From Octopus sinensis (lineage: Eukaryota), in contig NC_043013.1 in NCBI RefSeq assembly GCF_006345805.1, forward strand, positions 10,168,001 to 10,232,000: a DNA stretch of 64,000 bases. The letters are read 5' to 3'. Of this stretch, positions 14,410 to 27,612 are shown one piece after another (the first letter of the stretch is position 1; each line of letters starts with the position of its first letter). The notes under the pieces were generated by a model. That model made no database searches. It was not told the DNA's origin and saw only the letters and a program-made list of their open reading frames with translations. Made by a program: the position numbers and the translations under genes.

Positions 14410-14812
14410 CACGCACAGAGATCTATAAATAATTCTTTCTACTATAGGTGCAAGGCCTGAAATTTTGCAGTAGGGGACAAGTCGATTACATCGACTCCAG
14501 TTCGTAACTGTACCCCAAAAATCAAAATTTGACCTGGTGGAATTTGAACTCAGAACGTAGCGACATTTCGACCGGTGTGTTAACGATTCTTATTTCTTTA
14601 TGGCTCACAAGGGGCTACATACAGAGGGGACAGACAAACGAATTAAGTCGATTACATCAACCCCAGTGCGTAATTGGTACTTAATTTATCGACGCCGAAA
14701 GGATCAAAAGCCAAAGTCGACCTCGGCGGAATTTGAACTCAGAACGTAACGGCGGACGAAATACGGCTACGCATTTCGCCCGGTGTGCTAACGTTTCTGC
14801 TAGCTCACCGCC
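14410..14812 (-). mobile_element. SINE family B, dimeric form
   Basis: Two successive B bodies; head ggcggtgagctagcagaaacgttagcacaccgggcg on minus. Confidence 0.85.
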
Positions 14813-15230
14813 TCGAGATCGATGAAATAATACCATGTAAATATTGACTTGAAATAATCCCTTGAGGATAGATAACGTCGATAGTCTATCATATCTATAT
14901 GAAATGTGGTTTCGAATCCCATCGGCGGATTCTACTTTTCTACCCAAAAGGGTTTTTCAGCTCAATATTTTCAAGACATTATTTAAAACGTGAAGGATGC
15001 GAGTTGGCAGAATCTTTATCGATATTTTGTCCGTCTTTACGTTCAAATTCCGCGAAGATCGACTTTGCTTTTCATCCTTTCGGGTCAGTAAATTAAGAAC
15101 CAGTCAAATAATGGGCATCTGCAATTAGATGTAATCTACTGTCCCTCTTCGTATAAATTCCAAATCTTGTGCTTTTGACACTGGTTCACAACCCTTTTAT
15201 TTAAATGAGTTTTCCCATGGACGCCTTTTA

Positions 15231-15268
<38 letters not shown>

Positions 15269-15967
15269 AAATGTAAAAAAAAATACAAACTGGGACAAGA
15301 ACGTGAAACATTTAGAAGACGATACAAAAAACACGGACGAGACATTCGAAGCCTTCAATCTTCAGTTAAGAACCGGATCCTCTTCGCAATTTCGGCTGAT
15401 TAATCTTGATATATATATATATATGAAATTTTGAATTTAGTTCACTGATATGCCAGTACTACCTTTGCGGATAACCAGGGGTCTGCGGAACCTAGACTGG
15501 GAGCCACTGGTTTATACTTTGAAGACAGGGAGCTGCTTGAATCGTTAGCACACCGGGCAAAATACTAAGCGTCATTATATTCGTTTTTACGTTCAAATTC
15601 TGCCAAGGTCGACTTTGCTTGTCATCCTTTCGGGGTCAATAAAATAAGTAACATTTAAGCACTGGTGTCTTGAACTTTCTGGCCACGTTCCAAAGTTTGA
15701 AACCCTTGTTTATAATTTTATTGAAGTTGGTTACCTTGGTGAAAATACTTAGCGACATTTCTTCTGGTTTTATGTTCTGAGTTCAAATGCCACCATCTAT
15801 GCCTTTCCTCCTTCCGTGTCCTGGAAATAAGTACCAGTCAAGCACTGGGCGGGGGCTATGTTATTGACTTATCCCTCGTGACAAAATTTGAAATCATGAC
15901 TTATAACTCTATATATACGTTTCCAGATACGAGTTCGTATGTCAAAAATTATGGATTTATCATACTG

Positions 15968-16378
15968 GACGAGCTGGCAAAATCGTTAGAACGCCGGGCG
16001 AAATGCTTAGCCGTATTTCGTCTGCCGTTACGTTCTGAGTTCAAATTCCGCCGAGATCGACTTTGCCTTTCCTCTTTTCGGGGTCGATAAATTAAGTACC
16101 AGTTACGCACTGGAGTCGATGTAATCGACTTGATCCGTTTATCTGTCCTTGTTTGTCCCCTCTGTGTTTAGCTCCTTGTGGGTAGTAAAGAAATAGGTAT
16201 TTCGTCTGTCTTTAAGTTCTGAGTTCAAATTCCGCCGAGATTGACTTTCCCTTTTATCCTTTCGGGGTCGATAAATTAAGTACCAGTTGCGTACTTGCGA
16301 TCGATCTAATCGAGTGGACCCCTCCCTCAAAATTTTGAGCCTTATGCCTTGAGTAGAAAAGAGAAAAAAAAATTATGG
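15968..16378 (+). mobile_element. SINE family B, dimeric form
   Basis: gagctggcaaaatcgttag head; gttctgagttcaaattccgccgag body occurs twice. Confidence 0.9.
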
Positions 16379-17052
16379 ATTTATATTTATGTGCAGATAT
16401 ACATATTTGTACGTACATGCTTATATACATACATACATACATACATACATACATACATACAAACGTATAAACTTATATGCACGCGCACGCGTGTGAGTAT
16501 AGGGTTATCTGTATTCGTGACCTCTGGTAAATGCGTTTTTGCATACATGTACAAACATGCACTGCTACGCACACACACACGCGCACGCAAACGCGCGCAC
16601 ACGCACACACCTCCTCCCCCTCACTGTCTCTATATTTTTCATTTTTAAACAACGGAATGCACTTTCATCTGTGTCTGTCTCTTGCTTTGTCCTCCACCTC
16701 CCTCTGTATTGCTTAGTTTCATCTCTCTCTCTCTCTCTCTCTCTCTTACTCTCTCACATTCATGCTTTATCTCCTCCGTCTCCCTTGCTTTGTTCTCTTC
16801 CCTTCATCTCACTCTCACTTTCTCGCTTTGTCTCCTCTGTCTCTATCTCTTCCTTATTCTTCCCTGTCTCCCCTCCTCTCTCTCTCTCTCTCTCCCACTT
16901 TCTACTCCAGTAACAGACACACATAATGTGAAAGGAGCACATGCCCCTTCCCTGTTACCTTATATCTCTTCCTCTCTGGGTTTACTTTTCTTATTCACTT
17001 TCAGCTTCCCTCACACGTGAGCGAGCGCACATACACGTATTCGTACCGAAAT

Positions 17053-17090
<38 letters not shown>

Positions 17091-17339
17091 AAAGAGAATG
17101 TAAAGGAAGGTGTTAATTCTTGGCCTCATATATATCCCAGCAGCCACTGTAGCAGACCTACAAACATATAGATTAACCAACCCACCTACTGTGAATTTTG
17201 CTCAACAGTCGACCACCCACTTGGAAACAACTACCCGTATGTATGTGTATTTGTGTGTGTGGGGGGCGTGTGTTTTTGTGCCTAAATACTTGTATATATG
17301 CATGAGATTATATCTTTTACTTTCAAAACCACCTTTATT

Positions 17340-17376
<37 letters not shown>

Positions 17377-17409
17377 AGAGAGAGAGAAAGGGGTAGATAA
17401 CTAGCTACC

Positions 17410-17422
17410 TAGATAGTTTGAC

Positions 17423-17508
<86 letters not shown>

Positions 17509-17510
17509 AT
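17410..17510. repeat. (GATA)n array
   Basis: Directly visible. Confidence 0.95.
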
Positions 17511-18171
17511 TGAGTGACAGAGATACACGAGGTAGAGAGAGAGAGGCAGAGAGAATCTGGACAAAGGTAGTGCTTTTTTTCTTTTGCTGTTAGGAAAAAT
17601 ATACCTGACAAAGGTAAGGAGGAAAAACTGACGGAACCCAGTTGTTGGTGGGTCGAAGGTAAACGGGAGACAGAACGCCAAGCTCTTATAACATAACCCC
17701 CTAACCATCATGATTAAGAGGCGTGTTTCTATGACGTATGAGAGAGCATCTTTTGTGTCCTTTTGCTAGGCAGGTGTGCTAAGATCTCGTTCGCTGTGAG
17801 TGTTTTAGCTTTTAAATCAATCGCTACCCGAAAATGTTGTAAAACCTGGTTGAAATAATAATAGACACCACATCGCGACACTATATCCACTGTGCTATAC
17901 AGTAAAGTTATCTTTTGCGTGTATACATATATGTGCAAGTGTGTGTGTGTGTGTGTGTGCGTGTGTGTCTTTGTATGTATATATACATAGACATAAAACT
18001 TTATATGCAGGTATATAATATATATGTATATATTCACACATAAATCTGTATATACATGCATGCGTACATACAGACATACATACATACGTACATATATACA
18101 TGTACATAATATATATGTATATATATATATGCATACTTAAATGTGTGTCTATATATATATATATATATATG

Positions 18172-18203
<32 letters not shown>

Positions 18204-19496
18204 TATATATATGATGTATGTGTATATATACTGTGAGAAGAGAGACAGAACGAGAAACATAGAAATAGTTTTACAAAGGTACATAGATATATGCATATAT
18301 ATGGGTATATATATATGAGTGTGTGTATGTTTGTGCTTGGGTGAGTGCGTTTATATATATATATATATATATATACATATATATACACGCACGCGCGCAC
18401 ACACACACATTCACACATACACATACACACAGGTATTTATATAAAGTGCCTAGAAGGCTTTTAGCTGTATAGGAGACTTACCAGACTCAAATAGCCAGAA
18501 GCACATGTACATCTCTAGGTGTCTGTGCGCGTGCGTGTGTTTTTGTGTTTGTGTATGTGTGTCGTTGTGTCTGTGTTTATGTAATATTATGTCCAATGAC
18601 GCAAGTAGATAGCCATTTACAATTAGAGCTTTACCTGAGCAAAACTTCCTAAATCTCCAACTATAATCCGCTTTTAAATATTAATTCTAGATTTGTAGCA
18701 AAAACTGCTTTTTGGAATGTCTTTCGAAAGTCGTTTTAATCATGAAGTTTGAAAGTTAAATGATGGCGAAATTTTATCTTTGGGATCGAGGAATTCTTGT
18801 CTAGGGCTTTAATGCGTTGTGTCTTTTATGGTTTAGATTCAATATTGAAGGAGTAGCATACTTGAGCCATCAAACTAAAAACGCAAATAAAAGCACAACC
18901 ACACATGTACATACGAGCAACAAATAACATACACAAACACATACACACAGACATGCACATATATCATACACAAACATAAAGGCACAAATATCACGTTTTC
19001 TTGAAAATTCTTGGAGGCTTCAAGTTCAGAGTATTCTGGTTTGTTCACTCAGAAAAATTAATCCAAAAGTCAGAAGTACGAGTGTCAAAAACATAATCCA
19101 GCACCGATATTCCAGCAAAATGTATTTCGTCACAAGATGAAAATACCGGTCATCACATATTAGGCCTTTATTGGAGCAAATTTGGCTTAAGGCTGTTTCC
19201 AGTAGTCAGTATCGATACATGACTGATAGATTTTCTCAATTGGCCTATTCATCTACTGAGGCAAATTGAGCGATCTAAGAAGATTAATGCCACGTTCGTC
19301 CGAGCCATTTCTGGTCATAACACTCAGATTACTAGGGGAATGGCTATTGTGTGAGGAAGCTGGGAAGAAAAGATGGGTATGTTTAAGTACAATAGAAAAC
19401 AGGGGAACACACACACACACACGTATATATAAAATAAGAAAAGAAAATGGACAATGGGAAGTTAATAATAGTTTATTATTAACTGCAAATTAATCA

Positions 19497-19594
19497 TCTT
19501 CCCTTACAGCTGTTTCAGTTAATACTCAGTAAATATGTAATAAATATTAAATATATATTTATACGACCTGAGCATAATATCTTCAGAGGGAAAA
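19497..19594 (-). ncRNA. Type I hammerhead ribozyme, near intact
   Basis: Minus: UUUUCCCU-CUGAAGA-stem II (UAUGCUCAG/CUGAGUAUUA)-GAAA-C-AGCU-G-UA^AGGGAAGA; 8-bp stem I, complete core, palindromic stem III; predicted cut between 19505 and 19504. Confidence 0.8.
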
Positions 19595-19639
19595 AAAATA
19601 GATTTCACTCTGAAGATATTATGCTCAGTTCATATAGAT

Positions 19640-20215
19640 TAACCTTCTGTTTCAGGTGTGCCCTGAAAAAAAATTCCAGGTTAGTCAAGTCTGGGGAACT
19701 TGAAGGCTAGTTGACATTGCCGTAGCGGGAGATTGTTCTCTCTCCAAAACACTGCCGTGGCAACTGCATTGCTTCTCTTGCCGTACGAGAAGTTGCCCCT
19801 TCGTACTGTAACCATGTGTGAGGTCTACTTTGAATGGCCGGGCGCAAAAAGATCTCACTCATGGTCCTGTACCGTTCTCCAGTCACTGTGACAGCATTTC
19901 CGTTATCGTCCTCAAAGAAGTGTGGACTAATAATTCCACCTACTGACAATCCACACCGTACCGTGCACCTTACAGGGTACAGTTCTGGTTGGTGTACTGT
20001 TCTCGGGTTCTCAGAGCACCCAAAACGGTAATTTTCTTTGTTCACGAGCCTACTTAAATGAAAGCTCATAAAATTGAAAAAGAGAGGGAGGGAAAAGGAT
20101 AAATAATCAATTTCCATAATGTCCTTGATATTGTATCAAAATTTCATACATTTATTTGTAAAGTTAAAGAAGTTATAAAAAATTGAAACCCATCAATGAA
20201 TTTTGGGACACCTTA
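19640..20215 (-). mobile_element. Tc1/mariner rosa-type (DD41D spacing) transposase relic with one TIR
   Basis: FHLSRLVNKEN...VTVTGERYRTM...YEGAT...[stop]PSSSPDLTNLEFFF; 41 residues between the second and third acidic positions; end ATAAGGTGTCCCAAAA; internal deletion and stops. Confidence 0.85.
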
Positions 20216-20233
20216 TGTGTATATATGTGTGTA

Positions 20234-20287
<54 letters not shown>

Positions 20288-20439
20288 GAGGGGTTTAATT
20301 CGCTGTGAACTAAACAAATAGATACGGTGGGTAAGTGCTATAGTAGGTCGAACGATATTTTCGAAGATCACAGCTAAGGCTGGACCTAGGCAGAACCAAT
20401 ATCAAAACTAAGGCAGAACCAGTATCTCAAGTCTTTTAG

Positions 20440-21020
20440 AACAATTTAAGGTAGTGAAAATTTGAAGCCTTACAGCTGTTTCTGGGATAACCCAAGTAGA
20501 AGGTTGAACAGGATATTCCGTCATAAGATACAAATTAGGAACATTCACAGTTTACAAGGAATGAAATCCACTGTTTATAAGAAATATAATAGAAGAATAA
20601 AGGAATGAAATAGAATAAAGACTAAAATAGAAGAATATAGGCAGGAGAATATCGTTCACAACTCATCTTTTTCCAGAGAATACAGATGTTGGTCGGGATT
20701 TCCATGAAGGTATAGGTTTTAGTAAATACCCCAGATAAAAAAAAAACACTATACCTTCATGATATTCCATTCCAATCTCGTTTATCCATTTTACTATTTA
20801 ATCACTCGAAGTCCCTAATGCACCATTTATGAAATGTACAACCTTTAGTGATTTCATCTTCCAAATCGGCACCATCGCGGTTGTAGTTTTTCAACTTTTC
20901 ATCTACTTTCTTCACAATCCCAGTATCAAATGGAATGGCTCTCTCTCCTATGTAAGTTGTGGTGGTTTTCTGGTAAAGGCTTTCCATGCATCTCTCATAT
21001 TGCGGCACATTTCTAGTGTT
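20440..21020 (-). mobile_element. Penelope-like relic: GIY-YIG-like fragment followed by LTR with degenerate hammerhead (20465-20527)
   Basis: TYIGERAIPFDTGIVK resembles a YIGE motif; downstream CUUAUGA...GAAACAGCUGUA. Confidence 0.5.
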
Positions 21021-21035
21021 ACAATATATATTTCT

Positions 21036-21404
21036 TATTTCTTTACTGCCCACAAAGGGTTAAACACAGAGAGGACAAGCAATGACAGATAAAACGGATT
21101 AAGTCGATTATATCGACCCCCAGTGCGTAACTGGTACTTATTTAATCGACCCCGAAAGGATGAAAGGCAAAGTCGACCTCGGCGAAATTCGACCTCAGAA
21201 CGTAGCGGCAGAGGAAATACCGCGAAATGCTTAGCGGTACGTTCTGAGTTCAAATTCCGCCGAGGTCGACTTTGCCTTTCATCCTTTCGGGGTCGATTAA
21301 ATAAGTACCAGTTACGCACTAGGGTCGATGTAATCTACTTAATCCGTTTGTCTGTCCTTGTTTGTCCTCTCTGTGTTTAGCCCCTTGTGGGTAGTAAAGA
21401 AATA
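21036..21404. repeat. Head-to-head inverted pair of SINE B bodies (about 370-bp palindrome)
   Basis: Arms about 170 bp, spacer 21205-21237. Confidence 0.92.
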
Positions 21405-21441
21405 GGTATGCATGCATATATATTAAGATCTACATCTCCAC

Positions 21442-21474
<33 letters not shown>

Positions 21475-21501
21475 CACACACACACATATATACATATATA
21501 T

Positions 21502-21905
21502 AGGCGCAGGCCTGGCTGTCTCGTAAGTAGCTTGCTTATCTACCACACAGTTGTGGGTTTAGCCCCACTGCGTGGCACCTTGGGCATGTGCCTTCTGCTA
21601 TAGCCTCGGGCTGACCAAACCCTTGTAAGTGGACTTGGTAGACGGAAACTGAAAGAAGCCCATAGTATATATATATATATATATGTGTGTGTGCGTGTGT
21701 GTCTGTCTGTCTGTCTGTTTGTCCCCTAGCATCGCCTGACAATAAATGTTGTGTTTACGTCCCCGTAACATTATCGGTCCGGCAGAAAGGACCGATAGAA
21801 AGAATATGACCTGGAGTCAATTTGTTCAACTAAAGGCAGTGCTCCAGCATGGCCGCAGTCAAATGAGTGAAACAAATAAAAGAATAAAAGAATAAAGGAA
21901 TAAAA
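21502..21905 (+). mobile_element. SINE family A, full length, diverged
   Basis: ggcgcagg head to cagcatggccgcagtcaaatgagtgaaac tail. Confidence 0.88.
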
Positions 21906-22719
21906 AATATATATATTTATATATATATATATTCATATACATATACGTGTGTTTGTGTGTATGTGTGTATGTACAATATATATATGCGTGTGTTTGTGGA
22001 CATAGTGTGTGCTCGCACCTGCATACACAGAGATGACTAGGCAAGTGTTCGTGCTGCTAAGCCTGTGTACGTCGTACACAGCAAACAAAATGGTAGTTAC
22101 ATGTTAACATGCTAATTGAGATTTTATGATCATCTCTGACACTTTCAATGTTACACAGTGTCTCTTTGTGGATCAACTGTTTCTGAAACATAACCTCTCT
22201 TATCACATGTTTTGGGCTGTTAACTCTAATCTTTTTTCTTTCTTTTTTGTTTTTGTTTTTATTATCTTATTAAGTTTGTATACAAACGAAGATTCACCAT
22301 CAAGTATATTCTCATAAATTACCATCAAGTACAACAAAAATTGTTTGCTATCTTTAATATCCTTCTTGAACAAATATACATCTATATTACTATTGAAATT
22401 TATATATGAATGAATCTCATAGTTTTTCTATGTTTGACTGTCTGTCTATTTTAATTTTCACTATGTGTGTGTACATGTATATGTATGTACATCTCGCGAA
22501 CTGTTTCAAGTATACACACGCGTGTTTCAAGTACATACACACACACACACACACACTTACATATGTATTATTTAATAACAATTTAACTCATCTGCATGCA
22601 GTTTGAAATTATGTAGGTTTTTAGAACGAATCTAATTCACAAGGAATCTGGAGATGGCTATAAAATGTTAAACCTCTATTGATCAACACGAGCCACTTGC
22701 TGTTATTTTTGTAAGGGGA

Positions 22720-23275
22720 ATCTTGATTAATTTCTTTATTCTAATTCGAATCCTAGGGTAGATATCGGTGGATAGATAAGCCTTTAACAGGGCCGCCACG
22801 TCAAAACCAGGCACACAACAGCTGTAAAACACGCCTACAAAACTTCCAATATTCACCCCTGCTTTCAACAGCCGAAACCCTACCACCTACCCATAGTGAG
22901 GATCTGGCCTCTCAAGGGCTGTCTATAGAGCCATCCACACAGCATTCGATGGTATAAAAAAAACACAATACGGGCATGGCGGCCAATACTTTTAAGGGAA
23001 GTTATACACAAAATATTCAACCCTTCGGGTATAAGTATAAGGAAAGCTCCTCCATAATTTCCCGTTTCATGTGTAAACTCCTTCGCCTTAGGGACGACTT
23101 CTCAACATCGAATGGAATATCATTGGTAGGCGCTCTGCACATTCACCTGGTATTCGTAATTGCCAGTTTTGCTCCTGCAAGAGACAACATATTTTCCACA
23201 AACCTGTGGTATTCATAAGAAGAAAGAATGAACTATCTTATTGATGCCACCACAGATACGAACTGTTAGTAAACT
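22720..23275 (+). mobile_element. Penelope-like element relic, linker plus GIY-YIG endonuclease
   Basis: Across frames: AVYRAIH..., TGMAANTFK, IEWNIIGRRSAHSPGIRNCQFC, RRKNELSY*CHHRYELL, resembling the PLE endonuclease C-terminus (C-x2-C, CRH). Confidence 0.75.
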
Positions 23276-23314
23276 TTAAAACTCAGTTGTCAGTTCATTT
23301 ATTTCAATTTGTGA

Positions 23315-23580
23315 GTGAATTTGGTAAACGGAAACTGAAAGAAGCCTGTGGTATATATATGTATGTGTGTGTATGTATGTTTGTGTGTTTGTGTTTGTAC
23401 CCCCATCGTCGCTTGACAACTGATGCTGGTGTGTTTACGTCGTCGTAACTTAGCAGTTCTTAAAAAAAGAGTGATAGAATAAATACTAGGCTTACAAAAA
23501 ATAAGTCCTGGGGTCGATTTGTTCGACTAAATGCGGTGCTCTAGCTTGGCCGCAGTCAAATGACTGAAACAAATAAAAGA
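23315..23580 (+). mobile_element. SINE family A, 5'-truncated
   Basis: Matches the A consensus. Confidence 0.85.
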
Positions 23581-23849
23581 ATGATGAGTCCTCTAATGCC
23601 ATGTGGTCTCACATCTCCTGCACCGAGTTCCAGCGTAACGTCTGTAGTACTGTCAATAGCAATGTCCGCTGGCAGATTCTCAATGACAAGGGCTGAAACG
23701 TCTTCTTGGCATTATAATAGTGTTGTCAGGCTACAGATGCAAGGAACGCCTGACCTTGGTATGCCATGACCTTCGTGACTGTATAGCGGTACCTACTGGT
23801 TTTGAGAACGGTTTTGTTGAACGGCCTCTTTCTGTAATAAGTTAAATCT

Positions 23850-24115
23850 ATGTGCATTTAAAATATTTTGTTTTTGTATTTTGGCAGGGAATATTTTTTA
23901 TATTATTTTTGTTTCTTCCTTTGTTCACAAATCTCCGGTTTACTTTATACACATACACTTTCTTTCATACGTGGACACATGTACATACACATAAACACAA
24001 AATTTCTCCAAGACACCTGAAGAAGGCTGGAGGGTATATCAACCGAAACGTTATGTTAATAACAAACAAAATGAGGACCAATATCCCTCGAATGTAAATA
24101 ATATAAATAATGTAT
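23850..24115 (+). mobile_element. PLE LTR-like segment with degenerate minimal type I hammerhead at 24012-24057
   Basis: GACAC-CUGAAGA-A-GGCUG...CAACC-GAAACGUU-AUGUU; palindromic AACGUU stem III; one mismatch each in stems I and II. Confidence 0.7.
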
Positions 24116-24575
24116 ATAATGGAATCTCTCAACTGCTCTGACATACCACGTAAACAGTTACAATCTATGATCGGGAAACAGATTTCATATTTGCAACTCT
24201 ACCAGACGGGATGTTCTAGTTTAGACGCCTGACGATGTGTCTGAGATGCGTTTGGCTATATATGCTTTCCAACCACGTTGTTCCGGAAGCAGTCATAGTG
24301 TGGCACTCAGGTGGTTGCCTTTTACTATGACCCCAGGCTGACCAGAGCCATGTGATTCGGTGGACTGAAAATGAAAAAGCCCATCGCATATATACATACT
24401 TACACACACGCACATACACACGCGCGCGCACACACTCTCATGCACACACATATATGCATGTATACATATAGGTGTTTGTGTGTATGCGGCTGTGCGTATG
24501 CCTGTGTATATTTACCTATCTACCCAACTATCCTCTCTCTCTCTCTCTATCTCTCCCTGTACATACATACACACA

Positions 24576-24614
<39 letters not shown>

Positions 24615-25039
24615 ACACACACACATATATATATATATTATACTAAAACTCAAAGTTTGTCTTTTTTCCTGGCCATTTGATTATGATGATAAAGATTACA
24701 AATAAAATAATCCTTTCCTTTTTAAGAATACTAAATTAAAGTTGAAAATGTCGACACTTCAAAGAGTATCGTCAGCTATCGCCGTCCGTCCATTTTTCTT
24801 ACTTTCTCTTGTCATCCCTTAACCATTTATACAACTTTCGGAGTGCCGTGGACTAGAAAGACAGAAATTCTCCCTGTATTTTTATGATATATTTTTGAAT
24901 CACGGATACTTAATTTTTTTTTTCTGAAACGAAAAAATTACTATTTAATCATAATCAAAAGGCAGAAAAATTGACAGAGTGTCTATCGCTTTTTAGATGA
25001 AGATCAATTGCAATGAGAGTTGCTAAATCTCGTATGAAT

Positions 25040-25349
25040 GGGAAAACAAACAACAACAAATGGGTTGTACCTTATAATGAAACTGTTTTAAGAGCATTCA
25101 AATGCCACCGCAACGTTGAAATCGTTTCCTCCTTGAGGACAATTACGTACGTCATCAAGTACACGCTGAAAGGAAATGACCGAGTGGCTGTTCAAATAAA
25201 CAATGAAAAGGAAATGGGTAGGTATATTGGACAATCCGAAGCAGTTGCATCCACTTTAGGATTTTCAATTCATGAAAGAGCACCTGCAATAGTGAGACTG
25301 CAAGTTCATCTACCAGATGAGCAGAGAATATTGATCTGAAATAATGAGG

Positions 25350-25391
<42 letters not shown>

Positions 25392-25665
25392 GGCTGTCAA
25401 TGAACGACATATAAGTACAACATTGACAGAATTCATTTCATTGTCCATCAATGATGACTTTGCAAACACATTACTTTATGCTGGAGTACCCATGTATTTC
25501 ATTTGGAACAGTAGTAACGAAGAATGGTAAAGAAGAAAGCGAGGGGGAAAGGTTGAAGGCCATTTGAACGTCTTCAAAGAAGAAACACTTGATCATGTTT
25601 ATATTGTGACACCAAAAGCAGGAGAACTATATTATTTAAAATTTTATTACATCAAGTTCGAAATA
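25040..25665 (+). mobile_element. Helitron Rep/Hel coding relic interrupted by (TA)n
   Basis: NKWVVPYN...HRNVEIVSS...YVIKYTLKGNDR...GRYIGQSEA...IHERAPAIVRLQVHLPDEQR, then TTLTEF...TLLYAGVP...ELYYLK. Confidence 0.9.
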
Positions 25666-26728
25666 GCATCTTTTTTCCTTTCCCGCCGCGCATGGACATT
25701 TTCAACTTGGAGTTGTTTTGATACGACGGGTCACGACAGGTACATCAAGTATATTTTATATATATAAAGTTAATAGTCATCAGATCGCTGCGACGGTGGA
25801 GTACCACCTTGTATTTTGTCTTTTATACACACGCACACACATACTTCACACACATACACATATACTTGCACACACACACAAACCCACATGCACACACACA
25901 CACAAACTCACATACATGCACACACGTGCAAAAAGATGATAACGAGATGTGTAACAGAAATTATAATGTTCTATAACTAAGTTTGATATTTTCAAACGAA
26001 ATGAATGAGGAACAGCGTATATAAAGTTTCTCTGTTCTTCTGCTTTGCTTTATCGCGTAGACAAGAAGTCAAGTGTGTGTGTGTGTGTGTGTGTGTCTGT
26101 GTGTTAGCTAATGTGTGTAACCATCTCTGCATGTGTGTGTGTGAGCGTGTATGTGCTTTTGTGTACTTGTATATTTGTTTTGTGTTTGTGTGTAAGCGTG
26201 TGTTATTTGTAACATTCAGTTTTTCAAAACTATGTTTACCCTTCTTTCTACAGCTCTTTCACTAATCTTTATATGCCTTTACATAACAAATGTCATCGCT
26301 TTCTTTGAGTTACTCACAGAAGATGCGTCTAAATTTGAAGTAAAGCGATACGCCAGTAGATAAATTGCCTCAATGGTAGACAGTGTTAGTTAGAATTACC
26401 ATTTAACACCAGAAAAATATAGAGAAGAGCAATAAACGTTAAATTTTGAAAATCGACTGTGAGTATTAACAAACGATCAGTGTGTGGCGTTTGTGCGTGT
26501 GTGCGTGAGAGAGGCAATGAAAGAAAAACCATTTCCAAAAAGAGCCCATAATAGCCTGTTTATGGACGACATAATACTCTTTTTCACTAATTAACAGCTC
26601 GTTCGATGATCGTGACATTTAGCAATTTGATGGTTCATTAAAAACTTGCTATAAGATAAGGGGAATAACTCACCTATAAGACTTCCCCCAGTATATAAAG
26701 TATATAAAGCTATACACGGAGAGAGAAG

Positions 26729-26762
<34 letters not shown>

Positions 26763-27140
26763 CAGAGTGAAAGATGGACAGAGGAGAAGGGTGAGAGTAA
26801 GAGCAAATCGTTTATTGTTTGTAGAGAAAGAAGCGTGTCTCACAACCATTCAAGAAGTTCTGTCTGCAAGCAATTTCTATTTATGATAACAACTCCTATA
26901 CACATAAAAGAAGAAATTTATTAAGCGAAAACATCGTACAAATTTGCAAGTCATGCTAGACGAAGTCTTATTCACTTTCTTTCCTCTCGTGCAGCATATG
27001 GGAAAATTTGCTGACCAAACCAGACCAGACCAGTCTAGACCGAATGCACAGTTTTTCTGTTGCCCTTCTGTCTTCCCCCTTTCTCTTCCACTCTTTCTCC
27101 TCGCTCTCTGTTGCTATCTTTCATATATATGTTTATATAT

Positions 27141-27211
<71 letters not shown>

Positions 27212-27231
27212 TACATATATATATATATGTC

Positions 27232-27282
<51 letters not shown>

Positions 27283-27529
27283 GGATATGTGCCTGAATGT
27301 CTAGATAAATAGACAAAGAAATATATTTATGTATATAAATATATATATATATATATATGTATATAAATAAATATATATATAGTTTAAATTTACAAAAGAC
27401 AAAAGACAAAGACAGGTGAGGGAAGAATATATATACATATATACATACATACATACATATATATATATCAGGTGGTGTTAGACATGGCCGGGGACAATCT
27501 TTGGTCGACGCATATCTAAGTTTGTATAT

Positions 27530-27571
<42 letters not shown>

Positions 27572-27612
27572 AGGAGAGAGAGAGAGTATTAAGTGTGATG
27601 TACAGAATTGAA

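Noticed and set aside
15330-15410. H2 family CUGAAGA...GAAUGUC (also at about 33720)
   Set aside because: GAAA is incomplete in both copies and stem II is weak; not counted as a hammerhead
19000-19360. Protein-like minus frame (EKIYQSCIDTDYWK)
   Set aside because: Multiple stops and no recognisable family
19560-19636. Pre-miRNA interpretation of the 21-bp hairpin
   Set aside because: Better explained as an inverted copy of the hammerhead-bearing LTR; no small-RNA evidence
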